In this document: piece by piece, positions 40,646 to 49,977 of the stretch
Layout: each line of letters opens with the position of its first letter
Position numbering within the stretch: position 1 is the stretch's first letter
DNA from: an uncultured Acidobacteriota bacterium
GTDB taxonomy: Bacteria; Acidobacteriota; Vicinamibacteria; Fen-336
NCBI GenBank assembly: GCA_964561785.1
Contig: CAZLRF010000001.1
Span: forward strand, 77,201 to 141,200
Length of the DNA: 64,000 nucleotides
Direction: 5' to 3'
The notes under the pieces: model-generated
Told to the model about the DNA's origin: nothing
What the model saw: only the letters and a program-made list of their open reading frames with translations
Databases searched by the model: none
Program-made: the position numbers and the translations under genes

Positions 40646-40926
40646 TCTCCGCACGCCTCGTCGCCGCGCTGCTGCTGGCGACGCCGGTCCTCGGCACGGC
40701 GGAAAGGCCACCCTTGCTGCTCGACGACTTCTCCAGACCCGACGGGCGTTCCGCGCTCGGCACCGCGTGGCGGGCCTTCACCGACCAGGTGATGGGCGGC
40801 GTCTCGACCCAGTCGGTCGGCCGGGAGACGGTCGAGGGAGAGCGGGCCCTCCTGAGCGTCGGCATCGTCGCGTCGAAGCGAGCCTTCCGAGCCGACGTCG
40901 CGGTCTCGAGGATCGAGCTCTACTGA
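40642..40926 (+). pseudogene. CIA30-domain protein N-terminal fragment (truncated)
   Basis: LLLDDFSRPDGRSALGTAWRAFTDQVMGGVSTQSV... matches the start of CIA30 family proteins. It stops after 94 codons, about half the expected length. Confidence 0.4.
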
Positions 40927-40989
40927 GTCGAGCCGCCTCGGACGAGCGCTTCGAGGTCCAGCGTATAATCGCCACCTTCCCCAGTTCGA

Positions 40990-43038
40990 GTGCGTCGTCG
41001 CTGCGGTGGAGCGAGGAAGCTTCGCCGACGGGAGGCGATCCTGATCGGGCAGATCCTTTCGCACTACAAGGTCACCTCGGCCCTCGGGGCCGGGGGGATG
41101 GGTGAGGTCTACCGCGCCACCGACACGAAGCTCGGCCGCGAGGTCGCGCTCAAGCTCCTCCCCGAGGCCTTTGCCTCCAACCCCGATCGCCTCGCCCGCT
41201 TCGAACGAGAAGCGAAGGTCCTCGCCTCGCTCAACCACCCGGGCATCGCGCACCTCTACGGCTTCGAGAGCGCGCGCCTCGAGGGAGGGCCCACGGCTCA
41301 CTTCCTGGCCATGGAGCTCGTGGAAGGGGAAGACCTGGCCGAGCGGCTGAAGCGCGGGGCGATCCCCGTCGACGAGGCCGTCGCGATCGCGAAGCAGGTG
41401 GCCGAGGCCCTCGAGGAGGCGCACGAGAAGGGCATCGTCCACCGGGACTTCAAGCCCTCCAACGTGAAGGTGACGCCGGAGGGCAAGGTCAAGGTCCTCG
41501 ACTTCGGCCTCGCCACGGCCTTCACGGGCGAAGGGCCGGGCGCCGCGGCGAGCGCCGACCTGTCGCAGTCTCCCACGCTGGCCCGGACCGGCACCGCGGC
41601 CGGGATCATTCTCGGCACCGCGGCCTACATGTCGCCCGAGCAGGCCCGCGGGAAGCCCGTCGACAAGCGGACCGACATCTGGGCCTTCGGCGTCGTGCTC
41701 TTCGAGATGCTGAGCGGCCGGCGGCTCTTCACCGGCGAGACGGTGAGCGACGTGCTCGCGTCGGTGCTGAAGACCGAGCCCGACTGGAGGGCGCTGCCGG
41801 CGGCGACGCCCCCCCGCATCCGCGGAATGCTGCGGCGCTGCCTCGCCCGCGGCCCGAAGCTGCGGCTGAGGGACATCGGGGACGCGCGGCTCGTCCTCGA
41901 GGAGGCGCTGGCGGGCGCGCCGGGGGAGGAGTCGGCCCCGCCCGGGTCGACGCGCCCGTCCCGCGAGCGCACCTGGAAGGCGCTCGCCGCGGCCTCGACG
42001 CTCCTGGCCGTGGCGTTCGGGGCCTTGTGGGCGGGCTCGTCGCGCCGCACGTCGAGCCCGACGCCCGCGCTGCGGGCGTCGATCCCGCTCCCCGAGGGCC
42101 TTCACCTCGACGGGTTCGGGCCGCCGGTCCTCGCCCTCTCCCGCGACGGGCGGACCCTCGCGTTCGTGGCGCGAGGCGCGACGGGGGCCCCGCGCCTGTA
42201 CGTACGCCCGCTCGACGCCGCGCAGGCCGTCCTCGTCCCGGGCAGCGACACCGCGGAGGGACCCTTCTTCTCTCCCGACGGGCGGTGGGTGGCCTTCGCC
42301 GTCGGCACCTCGCTGGCCGGAGGGCAGCCTCCCGAGCTGCGCAAGTACTCGCTGGAGACGCAACTCACCCAGACGATCGGCCCGCTGGAGGACTACTTCG
42401 GCGGCGTGTGGCGCGAGGACGACTCGATCCTGTTCGTGGGGGCGGTCCCCGGGGGCCTGTGGACCGTTCCGGCCAGCGGCGGCGCGCCCCGGCTGCTCGT
42501 GGAGCGATTCCGCCGGGGCGATCGCGAGGAGGCCATGCGGGTGGCCTGGCCCGACCTTCTGCCCGACGGTCGGACCCTCCTCCTCAACGACGCGAACTCC
42601 CCCGCAGAGTCCCACCTCGTGACGGTGGACCTGGCGAGCGGCGAGATGAAGGACCTGGGCCTGCGAGGCTGGGGGGCTCGCTGGGTGTCCACCGGCCACG
42701 TCGTGTACGCGGGGCTCGACGCCTCCCTGATGGCGGTGCCGTTCGACGCGAAGGATCTCCGCCCGAAGGGGACGCCGGTGGCTCTGGCCCCCGACACCGC
42801 GCTCGCCCGCCTCAACGCTCCGGCCGTCGCGTTCTCGCACACGGGCACGCTGGTCCGCGCGACCGGGTACCTGCAGGGGAGCCGCCGGGAGCCCATGCAC
42901 GCGGTGGCCTTGACTGCCGCGGGGGCGAGGAGGCTCCTCTCGGCGGAGGCGGCCCTGTACGGGCGCGGCCTCGCGCTGCCCGAGTTCATGATCGAGATCG
43001 AGCTCGAGGCCCACAAGCCCCGGGACGCCGGCCGGTAG
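40990..43038 (+). CDS. Ser/Thr protein kinase with C-terminal TolB-like beta-propeller (intact family member)
   Basis: Kinase core [74 protein letters not shown] segment ALAAASTLLAVAFGALWA. Repeated SPDGR/DGRTL units with the NW-type C-terminal end. The first in-frame canonical start is GTG 40990, but the family-conserved position is CTG 41041, 5 nt after GGGAGG. Confidence 0.8.
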   Translation: MRRRCGGARKLRRREAILIGQILSHYKVTSALGAGGMGEVYRATDTKLGREVALKLLPEAFASNPDRLARFEREAKVLASLNHPGIAHLYGFESARLEGGPTAHFLAMELVEGEDLAERLKRGAIPVDEAVAIAKQVAEALEEAHEKGIVHRDFKPSNVKVTPEGKVKVLDFGLATAFTGEGPGAAASADLSQSPTLARTGTAAGIILGTAAYMSPEQARGKPVDKRTDIWAFGVVLFEMLSGRRLFTGETVSDVLASVLKTEPDWRALPAATPPRIRGMLRRCLARGPKLRLRDIGDARLVLEEALAGAPGEESAPPGSTRPSRERTWKALAAASTLLAVAFGALWAGSSRRTSSPTPALRASIPLPEGLHLDGFGPPVLALSRDGRTLAFVARGATGAPRLYVRPLDAAQAVLVPGSDTAEGPFFSPDGRWVAFAVGTSLAGGQPPELRKYSLETQLTQTIGPLEDYFGGVWREDDSILFVGAVPGGLWTVPASGGAPRLLVERFRRGDREEAMRVAWPDLLPDGRTLLLNDANSPAESHLVTVDLASGEMKDLGLRGWGARWVSTGHVVYAGLDASLMAVPFDAKDLRPKGTPVALAPDTALARLNAPAVAFSHTGTLVRATGYLQGSRREPMHAVALTAAGARRLLSAEAALYGRGLALPEFMIEIELEAHKPRDAGR

Positions 43039-43057
43039 GGTCGAGGGCCGGCCGCCC

Positions 43058-44533
43058 GTGAGCACGACGCTCGAGCACGTCGACGTCCTGATCGTCGGGG
43101 CGGGCCTCTCGGGGATCGACGCCGCGCACCACCTGCAGGCGCTCTGCCCCGGGAAGACGTACGCGATCCTCGAGCAGCGCGGGCGGATCGGCGGGACGTG
43201 GGACCTCTTCCGCTACCCCGGCATCCGGTCGGACTCCGACATGCTCACGATGGGCTACTCGTTCCGGCCCTGGACGGACCCGCGGGCGATCTCGCCGGGG
43301 TTGGAGATCCGCGAGTACATCGAGGCGGCCGCGCACGAGGAGGGGATCGACCGGAAGATCCGGTTCGGCCACACGGTCCGCCGCGCCTCCTGGTCCTCGG
43401 CGGAGGCGCGGTGGACGGTCGAGGGGAGGCGCCTGTCTCCCGAGGGGCCCGACGAGCCGTTCGCTCTCACCTGCGGCTTCCTCTTCTCCTGCGCCGGCTA
43501 CTACCGCTACTCGGCCGGCTACACCCCGGACCTCCCCGGCCTCGAGCGCTTCGCCGGCCGCGTCGTCCATCCCCAGGCCTGGCCGGAGAACCTCGACCAC
43601 GCAGGAAAGAGGATCGTCGTCGTCGGGTCGGGCGCCACCGCGGTGACGCTCGTCCCCGCGCTCGCGAGGACCGCCGCCCACGTCACCATGCTGCAGCGCT
43701 CGCCCACGTGGATCCTGTCCATGCCGGAGACAGACCCGGTCGTGAACGCGCTGCGGGCGATGCTGGGCGCGCAGTGGGCCTATCGCCTGGGTCGCTTCAA
43801 GAACGTCGTCCTCATGTCGCTCCTCTACCGGGCGTCGCGGCGCTTCCCCCGCCTCGTCGGACGCGCCCTCCTCGCGCAGGTGCGACGGCAGGTGGGGCCG
43901 GGCGTGGACGCCTCGACGCACTTCGCACCCCGCTACGGCCCGTGGGAGCAGCGGCTGTGCCTCGTGCCCGACGGAGACCTGTTCCGGGCCCTGCGCGAGG
44001 GCCGCGCGAGCGTCGCCACCGGCACGATCGAGACGTTCACCGAGACGGGCGTGCGCCTCGCGTCCGGCGAGGAGATCGCGGCCGACCTCGTCGTCACCGC
44101 CACCGGGCTCGTCATGCAGTTCCTCGGGGGCGTCGAGCTCGACGTCGACGGCCGTGCGGTCGCCCCGGGCCGGTGCCTCTCCTACAAGGGCGTCATGCTG
44201 TCGGGAGTGCCGAACCTCGCGGCGGTGTTCGGCTACGTCAACGCGTCCTGGACCCTCAAGGCGGACCTCGTCTGCGCCTGGGTGTGCCGGCTGCTCCTCG
44301 AGATGGACCGCCGGGGTGCGCGAGTCGTCACCCCGGCCGCCGGCGACGAGGCGCCGGCCGCACCGTTCGTCGAGGGCTTCACGCCGGGCTACGTGATGCG
44401 CGCCCTCGACCTCTGGCCGAAGCAGGGCGGCACGGCCCCGTGGCGCGTCCACCAGGACTACCTCCGCGACACGCTCGACCTGGGCCGGGGTCCCGTCGCC
44501 GGCGACGCGCTCGTCTTCTCGGGCCGGATGTAG
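43058..44533 (+). CDS. flavin-containing (Baeyer-Villiger type) monooxygenase, class B
   Basis: FAD motif VLIVGAGLSGIDAAHHL. FMO/BVMO fingerprint FRYPGIRSDSDM and YSFRPW. Second Rossmann motif RIVVVGSGATAV. 491 aa. Confidence 0.8.
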   Translation: MSTTLEHVDVLIVGAGLSGIDAAHHLQALCPGKTYAILEQRGRIGGTWDLFRYPGIRSDSDMLTMGYSFRPWTDPRAISPGLEIREYIEAAAHEEGIDRKIRFGHTVRRASWSSAEARWTVEGRRLSPEGPDEPFALTCGFLFSCAGYYRYSAGYTPDLPGLERFAGRVVHPQAWPENLDHAGKRIVVVGSGATAVTLVPALARTAAHVTMLQRSPTWILSMPETDPVVNALRAMLGAQWAYRLGRFKNVVLMSLLYRASRRFPRLVGRALLAQVRRQVGPGVDASTHFAPRYGPWEQRLCLVPDGDLFRALREGRASVATGTIETFTETGVRLASGEEIAADLVVTATGLVMQFLGGVELDVDGRAVAPGRCLSYKGVMLSGVPNLAAVFGYVNASWTLKADLVCAWVCRLLLEMDRRGARVVTPAAGDEAPAAPFVEGFTPGYVMRALDLWPKQGGTAPWRVHQDYLRDTLDLGRGPVAGDALVFSGRM

Positions 44534-44549
44534 CATTCCCGCCGGAGGT

Positions 44550-45413
44550 GTGACGAAGGTGGAGCGAGCCGGGCGTCCCCCGTGGCGGCGGGCGGCCGGG
44601 CCCGCGCTGCGCATCGCGGCCCTCCTCCTCGTCGTCTCGGCCCTCATGCTGATCTTCGAGCGAAGGCTGATCTACTTCCCCCAGCGCGAGCACGACGTCA
44701 CCCCGCGCCAGCTCGGCCTCGCCTTCGAGGACCTCACGCTCACCGCGGAGGACGGGGTGAGGATCCACGCCGTCTACCTGCCCCCGCCGGGCGAGCCGCG
44801 CTGGACGGTCCTCTTCGCCCACGGCAACGGCGGCAACCTGAGCCACCGCCTCGACCGGACGCTCCTCCTGCAGTCGCAGCTGGGCGCGGCGGTGCTGCTC
44901 TTCGACTACCGGGGCTACGGGCGGAGCGAGGGCTCGCCCGACGAGGAGGGGACGTACCGCGACGCGCGAGCGGCCCACCGGTGGCTGGTCGAGGAGAAGG
45001 GCGTCCCTCCGGACCGGCTCGTCGTCTTCGGCGAGTCGCTCGGCTCGGCGGTGGCGCTCGACCTCGCGCTCGTTCGCCCGAGCCGCGCGCTCGTCCTCGA
45101 GTCGCCCTTCGCGTCCGTCCCGGCCATGGCGCGGGCGGTGTACCCCTTCCTGCCGCTGTGGCCCCTCGTCCGCACGCGCTACGACAACGAGGCGAAGGCC
45201 CCCCGCCTCTCGGTGCCGCTGCTGGTCCTGCACGGGGACCGCGACGAGGTCGTGCCGTTCTCGCAGGGGCGGCGTGTCTTCGAGGCGGCGCCCGAGCCAA
45301 AGCGCTTCTTCGCGATCCCCGGGGCCGGCCACAACGACACGTACCTCGTGGGCGGCGAGGCGTACTGGGCCGCCGTCCGGGACTTCCTCGAGACGCTCCC
45401 TGAGCCCAGTTGA
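44550..45413 (+). CDS. alpha/beta-hydrolase (BAAT/esterase-like) with N-terminal membrane anchor
   Basis: Hydrophobic N-terminus (IAALLLVVSALMLIF), HGNGGN oxyanion region, nucleophile elbow GESLGS, LVLHGDRDEVVP and GAGHND. It lies 17 nt after the FMO stop. Confidence 0.75.
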   Translation: MTKVERAGRPPWRRAAGPALRIAALLLVVSALMLIFERRLIYFPQREHDVTPRQLGLAFEDLTLTAEDGVRIHAVYLPPPGEPRWTVLFAHGNGGNLSHRLDRTLLLQSQLGAAVLLFDYRGYGRSEGSPDEEGTYRDARAAHRWLVEEKGVPPDRLVVFGESLGSAVALDLALVRPSRALVLESPFASVPAMARAVYPFLPLWPLVRTRYDNEAKAPRLSVPLLVLHGDRDEVVPFSQGRRVFEAAPEPKRFFAIPGAGHNDTYLVGGEAYWAAVRDFLETLPEPS

Positions 45414-45689
45414 GGGGTCCCGTCAGCCCTTGACCGTCATGACCGCTCGCATGACCCAGACCCGGTCTTCGGGTGGCGCTCCACCAGGAGCCGATATCGC
45501 TCGTCGCCGCCGAGTACCCCCCACGTCTCCGCGACCGCCGGCGGCGGCTCGCCCCACGCCCCGCGGTCCCCCGCACCGCCGTGGTTCGTGCGGCCGTGCG
45601 GCACCGCCTGCTCGACGGCGGAGCGGACGGCCCCCCACGGCGGCCGGCACGATCGCCCCGCGGGTGGCGAGCACCGACCCGACGGTGGC

Positions 45690-45870
45690 CCCAATTCGAG
45701 GTGCACGTCGGGCATGGCCGCGACGTGCCGGAACACGAAGGGCATCCTCGCGATGTTGCGCAACTGGGCGAGTGCCTTCTCCTCGACCGGGACGTCTCCC
45801 TGGGGAGAGGTCGTCCAGAGCTTGATCGGCGTCCGGCCCTCCAGCTCGACGCGCACGGCCCCCCCCGCTA
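45690..45870 (-). pseudogene. RtcB RNA ligase N-terminal remnant
   Basis: ...GRTPIKLWTTSPQGDVPVEEKALAQLRNIARMPFVFRHVAAMPDVHLE matches the RtcB N-terminus (..AxxQLxNxAxLPxxxxxxxAMPDxHxG). Homology stops there, and the rest of the ~400-aa protein is absent. Confidence 0.3.
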
Positions 45871-46269
45871 CGCCCCGGTCGCCCGCGTCACCTGCAGGGT
45901 GTCGGTGTACTGCTGGAAGCTCACGACCTTGCCTTCGCGCAGCTTCCAGACGTGGGCGAACTGGGCGTGGATCTTCGTGCCGGTCTTCTTGTAGGCGCCG
46001 CCGTAGCGGCCCGTGGCCAGGACGACGTCGCCCGCGTCGTGGACCTCCTCGAGCATGACCGCGAAGCCGTCCCACTCGGTGCCGAGCCGCATGAACACGC
46101 CCTCGAGGACCGCCTGCGGGCCGACGTAGGGATTCTTGTCGGCGTAGGGGAAGCCCTCGGCCTCGTTCCAGACGATGCCGGGGTCCATCGCCCCGAGCAC
46201 GGTCGGGACGTCGCCGCGGCCGAAGGCGGCGTAGAGCGACTTCATCATGTCGGCGTTCTGCTGTGACAC
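45868..46269 (-). CDS. SnoaL-like / NTF2-fold (ketosteroid-isomerase-like) protein
   Basis: 133 aa. MSQQNADMMKSLYAAFGRGDVPTVLGAMDPGIVWNE...GKVVSFQQYTDT is the NTF2-like fold pattern. Confidence 0.7.
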   Translation of the reverse strand: MSQQNADMMKSLYAAFGRGDVPTVLGAMDPGIVWNEAEGFPYADKNPYVGPQAVLEGVFMRLGTEWDGFAVMLEEVHDAGDVVLATGRYGGAYKKTGTKIHAQFAHVWKLREGKVVSFQQYTDTLQVTRATGA

Positions 46270-46371
46270 GGGTCCTCCTCCTGTGACGGCCGAGACTGAA
46301 CTGGGAAGCGAGTGGCCGGCAGCGTGCCACAGAGCCGCACCCGGCGCAAGCGGGGGCGGCTGCTCAGCTTC

Positions 46372-46902
46372 TCACTCGTCCCTCGCACGCTCCACGCATG
46401 CCAGGGGAAGGAAGAGGGGCGTGGCCCCGCCGTGCATCCCGCCCTCGCGTACGCCCTCGAGGGGCTCGAAGCCGTATCGCGCGTAGAAGGCGACCGCGTC
46501 GGGCTTGGCGTCGGTGACGACCCCGACGCACCCCAGGGAGTCCCGCTGCACCAGCGCCAGGTCGAGAACGTGCCGCAGCAGGGCGCGCCCCACGCCGAGT
46601 CCCTGGGCGCGGTGGTCCACCGCGAACCGCGCGAGCCGCAGGACGGGGAGCGGATAGGCGGGCAAGCGTCGCCGCAGGCGAGCGGAGGGCAGGGTCCTGC
46701 GCTCCAGGCTGCCCACGCTCACCGTCGCAAAACCCGTCAGCCGTCCCTCCGCCAGGGCGACGTAGGTCACGGCGAGGTGGAGCTTCCACTGGTTCTGGCC
46801 GGCGTAGTGGTGGAAGAACCGGTCGAGGTCGGCCTGCCCGCAGGAGAACCCGCCGCGATCGTCGTCGGGCCGGAGGGGCCGGATCTCAAGCGCGGCGGCC
46901 AC
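46372..46902 (-). CDS. tacT: GNAT-family toxin (TacT/AtaT-like aminoacyl-tRNA acetyltransferase)
   Basis: 176-aa GNAT (RAQGLGVGRALLRHVL..., AFYARYGFEP). It sits immediately downstream of, and overlaps by 17 nt, a DUF1778 antitoxin gene. Confidence 0.7.
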   Translation of the reverse strand: MAAALEIRPLRPDDDRGGFSCGQADLDRFFHHYAGQNQWKLHLAVTYVALAEGRLTGFATVSVGSLERRTLPSARLRRRLPAYPLPVLRLARFAVDHRAQGLGVGRALLRHVLDLALVQRDSLGCVGVVTDAKPDAVAFYARYGFEPLEGVREGGMHGGATPLFLPLACVERARDE

Positions 46903-47161
46903 GCATCAGCTCCCGCAGGGCTTCCGAGGGCGCCGGGGCCCTCCCCACCGCGGCGGCGATGCGGTCGAACGACTCGTCGTCCAGGACGATGCGGGCCGGG
47001 ATCAGGGCCTCGTCGGGCAGGTCACGGCGGGCGGTCATGAAGAACAGGAGCGCCTGCTCGACCACGTAGTTCTTCTTGAGGCCGTGGCTCTCGGTGAACC
47101 GGTCCAGCTCCTCCTTGGTGGCCGAGGAGATCGTGGCCGAGATCTGGGACTGCGTGCTCAT
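46886..47161 (-). CDS. tacA: DUF1778 (TacA-like RHH) antitoxin
   Basis: ATG at 47159-47161 gives MSTQSQISATISSATKEELDRFTESHGLKKNYVVEQALLFF...IVLDDESFDRIAAAVGRAPAPSEALRELM. The N-terminal RHH region and a C-terminal toxin-neutralising helix are typical of DUF1778. Confidence 0.7.
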   Translation of the reverse strand: MSTQSQISATISSATKEELDRFTESHGLKKNYVVEQALLFFMTARRDLPDEALIPARIVLDDESFDRIAAAVGRAPAPSEALRELMRGRRA

Positions 47162-47187
47162 GGTCGCCTCTTCATGGACAACATGGG

Positions 47188-47201
47188 ATTTCCATGGAAA
47201 T
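47188..47201. promoter_or_regulatory. perfect 14-bp palindrome ATTTCCATGGAAAT (putative TacA operator) with phased CATGG repeats
   Basis: It lies 27 nt upstream of the tacA start on the coding strand. Three CATGG motifs are spaced ~10 nt apart (47173-47197). Confidence 0.45.
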
Positions 47202-47246
47202 ACTAGTCCCGAGCAGGCACCGGCACAAGGACCCCGGTCGGACGCC

Positions 47247-47600
47247 TCACCTTCGCGGGAACGCCATGCGGCGGACGATCGCCTCGTAGCGCGGGTTGGC
47301 GGCGAGCTCCGGGAAGAAGCGGCGGGCCAGGGGCGCGTAGACCATGTTCGGCGTCCGGTCCTCGAGCGCCTTCTCGTACCAGCCGATCGCCTCGTCGATC
47401 TCGCCGAGCGCGCCGTGGATGGCCGCGAAGGTTCGGCCAGCCTGGCGTGGGCCAGGGCCAAGTCCGGCGCCCGGGCCGCGGCCTGCTGGAGGTAGTCGAC
47501 GCTCTTGTCCATCTCCACGACGGTGCCGGCCGCGAAGTCGCGCCCCTTGAGGTACAGGCGATACGCCTGGCGTTCGGGCGTCGGCGGACGGGGACGGCGC
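47247..47600 (-). pseudogene. C-terminal TPR/kinase-tail remnant with frameshift
   Basis: One frame: ...AYRLYLKGRDFAAGTVVEMDKSVDYLQQAAARAPDLALAHARLAEP. The next frame: TFAAIHGALGEIDEAIGWYEKALEDRTPNMVYAPLARRFFPELAANPRYEAIVRRMAFP. Both resemble the TolB-N/TPR tail of the local kinases and cyclases. Confidence 0.3.
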
Positions 47601-47707
47601 TGGCTTGTGGGGTTGAGGCTTCGGCGCGATTCTACCGCACTCGATCGCCCGAGGACGCCGCCCATCGAAGTGATCTATCATTCGGACTCGGAGATGAGAA
47701 CCACCTC

Positions 47708-49948
47708 ATGACGAACCCGCCCGCTCCGCGCACGATCGCCGTCCTCACGAGCGGGGGCGACGCCCCCGGGATGAACGCCGCCGTGCGCGCGGTCGTGCGC
47801 ACGGCCCTCGCCCGCGGCCAGCGGGTCTTCGCGATCCGGGAGGGCTACGAGGGAGCGGTGGCCGGGGGCGACCGGATCGTCCCCATGACCTGGTCCTCCG
47901 TCGGCGGGATCCTCCACCAGGGGGGCACCGCGATCGGGACGGCCCGGTCCGACCGCTTCCGGACCCGCGAGGGGCGGCTCGCCGCGGCCGAGAACTTCCT
48001 CAAGGCGGGGATCGACAGCCTGGTCGTGATCGGGGGCGACGGCAGCCTGAGCGGAGCCGACGCCCTGCGACAGGAGTGGCGGGGCCTCGTGGACGAGCTG
48101 GTCGCGAGCGGCCGGGTCGACGCGGAGGCGGCGGCCCGGGCGATCCCGTTCAGCATCGTGGGCCTCGTCGGCTCGATCGACAACGACATGTCGGGCACCG
48201 ACATCACGATCGGCGCCGACACGGCGCTGCACCGGATCACCGAGGCGATCGACGCGATCGCCTCCACCGCGGCCAGCCACCAGCGCACGTTCGTGGTCGA
48301 GGTCATGGGCCGGCACTGCGGCTACCTCGCCCTCATGGGCGCGATCGCCACCGGGGCGAGCTGGGTCCTCATCCCGGAGAGCCCGCCCGACGTGGACGAC
48401 TGGGAGTCCACGATGTGCGAGCGGCTGCGCACGGGACGCCTGGCCGGCCGGCGCGACTCGATCGTGATCGTGGCCGAGGGGGCGCACGACCGCCACGGGA
48501 GCCCCATCACCGCCGAGCACGTCCGCAAGGTCCTCCAGGAGCGGCTCAACGAGGACGTGCGGGTCACGATCCTCGGCCACGTGCAGCGGGGCGGCGCGCC
48601 CTCCGCGTTCGACCGCTACATGAGCACGCTGCTCGGCCACGCCGCGGTCGAGGAGCTCCTCTCCTCGCCCCCCGGGAGCGAGCCCCAGCTCATCGGGATG
48701 AAGGACAACCGGGTCACCCGCCAGCCGCTCATGGAGTGCGTCGAGCAGACGCGCAAGGTGGCCTCCTGCGTGAAGGAGGGGCGCTACGAGGAGGCGATGG
48801 CCCTGCGGGGCCGCGGCTTCGCCTCGGCCCTGCGCACGCTGCGCACGATCGTCCGCGCCCTCCCCCACCCGCCGGCCGAGGGCCAGAAGCGCTACCGCTT
48901 CGCGATCATGCACGGGGGCGGCCCCGCCCCCGGCATGAACACCGCGGTGCGCGCGGCGCTGCGCCTGACGCTCGACCGCGGGCACCGCGTGCTCGGGGTC
49001 CGCAACGGCTTCAGGGGGCTCGTGGAGGGCGACTTCTTCGAGATGGGCTGGATGAGCGTCAACGGCTGGGCGAGCCGGGGCGGGGCCGAGCTCGGCACGA
49101 ACCGCCGCCAGCCCGCCGACCGCGAGCTGTACACGATCGCCCGCCACATCGAGAAGCACGAGATCGACGGGATCCTGATGATCGGCGGCTGGTCGGGCTA
49201 CTCCGCGATCGCGAAGCTCCACGCGGAGCGCGAGCGCTTCCCCGCCTTCAACCTGCCGATCATCTGCCTGCCCGCCTCGATCAACAACAACCTGCCCGGC
49301 TCCGAGCTGTCGATCGGGAGCGACTCCGCCCTCAACAACATCGTGAGCGCGGTGGACAAGATCAAGACCTCGGCGGTGGCGTCCCAGCGCTGCTTCGTGG
49401 TGGAGGTGATGGGCCGCCGGTGCGGCTACCTCGCGCTGCTCTCCGGCCTCGCCACCGGCGCCGAGCGCGTGTACATGCACGAGGACGGGGTCACCCTCGC
49501 CGACCTCCAGAAGGACCTCGAGTCGCTCAAGGACGGCTTCCGCCACGGCAAGCGGCTCGGCCTCCTCATCCGCAACGAGGACGCGAACCCCTTCTACACG
49601 ACCTCCTTCATGTGCGCCCTGTTCGAGCAGGAGGGGGGCGAGCTGTTCGACGTGCGCCAGGCGATCCTCGGCCACCTCCAGCAGGGCGGCGACCCGAGCC
49701 CGTTCGACCGCATCCTCGCGACACGAATGGCCGCGGAGAGCGTCGCCTACCTGGTCGAGGAGGCGGGCCGGGGCCCGAGGGGCCAGGCCGCGTTCGTCGG
49801 CATCCGGGAGGGCAAGCTCTCGATCACGCCGTTCGACGAGATGCCGCGCCTCATGGACCTCGAGAACCACCGCCCGAAGGAGCAGTGGTGGCGCCAGCTC
49901 GCGCCGATCGCCGAGCGGCTCGCCGCCCCCGGCCCCGGGTCCCCGTAG
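47708..49948 (+). CDS. pfkA: ATP-dependent 6-phosphofructokinase, tandem-duplicated (eukaryote-like two-domain) form, 746 aa
   Basis: The N-terminal half carries full PFK motifs: TSGGDAPGMNAAVRAVV, VIGGDGSLSGA, GTDITIGADTA, VEVMGRHCGYLAL. The C-terminal half is a second PFK fold (HGGGPAPGMNTAVRAAL, VEVMGRRCGYLAL). Its GGDGS has degenerated to GGWSG and its GxDTA to GSDSA. ATG 47708 is in frame with track ORF 47447..49948. Confidence 0.85.
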   Translation: MTNPPAPRTIAVLTSGGDAPGMNAAVRAVVRTALARGQRVFAIREGYEGAVAGGDRIVPMTWSSVGGILHQGGTAIGTARSDRFRTREGRLAAAENFLKAGIDSLVVIGGDGSLSGADALRQEWRGLVDELVASGRVDAEAAARAIPFSIVGLVGSIDNDMSGTDITIGADTALHRITEAIDAIASTAASHQRTFVVEVMGRHCGYLALMGAIATGASWVLIPESPPDVDDWESTMCERLRTGRLAGRRDSIVIVAEGAHDRHGSPITAEHVRKVLQERLNEDVRVTILGHVQRGGAPSAFDRYMSTLLGHAAVEELLSSPPGSEPQLIGMKDNRVTRQPLMECVEQTRKVASCVKEGRYEEAMALRGRGFASALRTLRTIVRALPHPPAEGQKRYRFAIMHGGGPAPGMNTAVRAALRLTLDRGHRVLGVRNGFRGLVEGDFFEMGWMSVNGWASRGGAELGTNRRQPADRELYTIARHIEKHEIDGILMIGGWSGYSAIAKLHAERERFPAFNLPIICLPASINNNLPGSELSIGSDSALNNIVSAVDKIKTSAVASQRCFVVEVMGRRCGYLALLSGLATGAERVYMHEDGVTLADLQKDLESLKDGFRHGKRLGLLIRNEDANPFYTTSFMCALFEQEGGELFDVRQAILGHLQQGGDPSPFDRILATRMAAESVAYLVEEAGRGPRGQAAFVGIREGKLSITPFDEMPRLMDLENHRPKEQWWRQLAPIAERLAAPGPGSP

Positions 49949-49977
49949 GCGTATACTCGCGGCGAGCGTTCCCGCCC

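Noticed and set aside
44531-44536. TAGCAT hexamer upstream of the alpha/beta-hydrolase, considered as a -10 box
   Set aside because: The TAG is the stop codon of the upstream monooxygenase gene, and a GGAGG RBS follows. It is more likely coincidental and the two genes co-transcribed.
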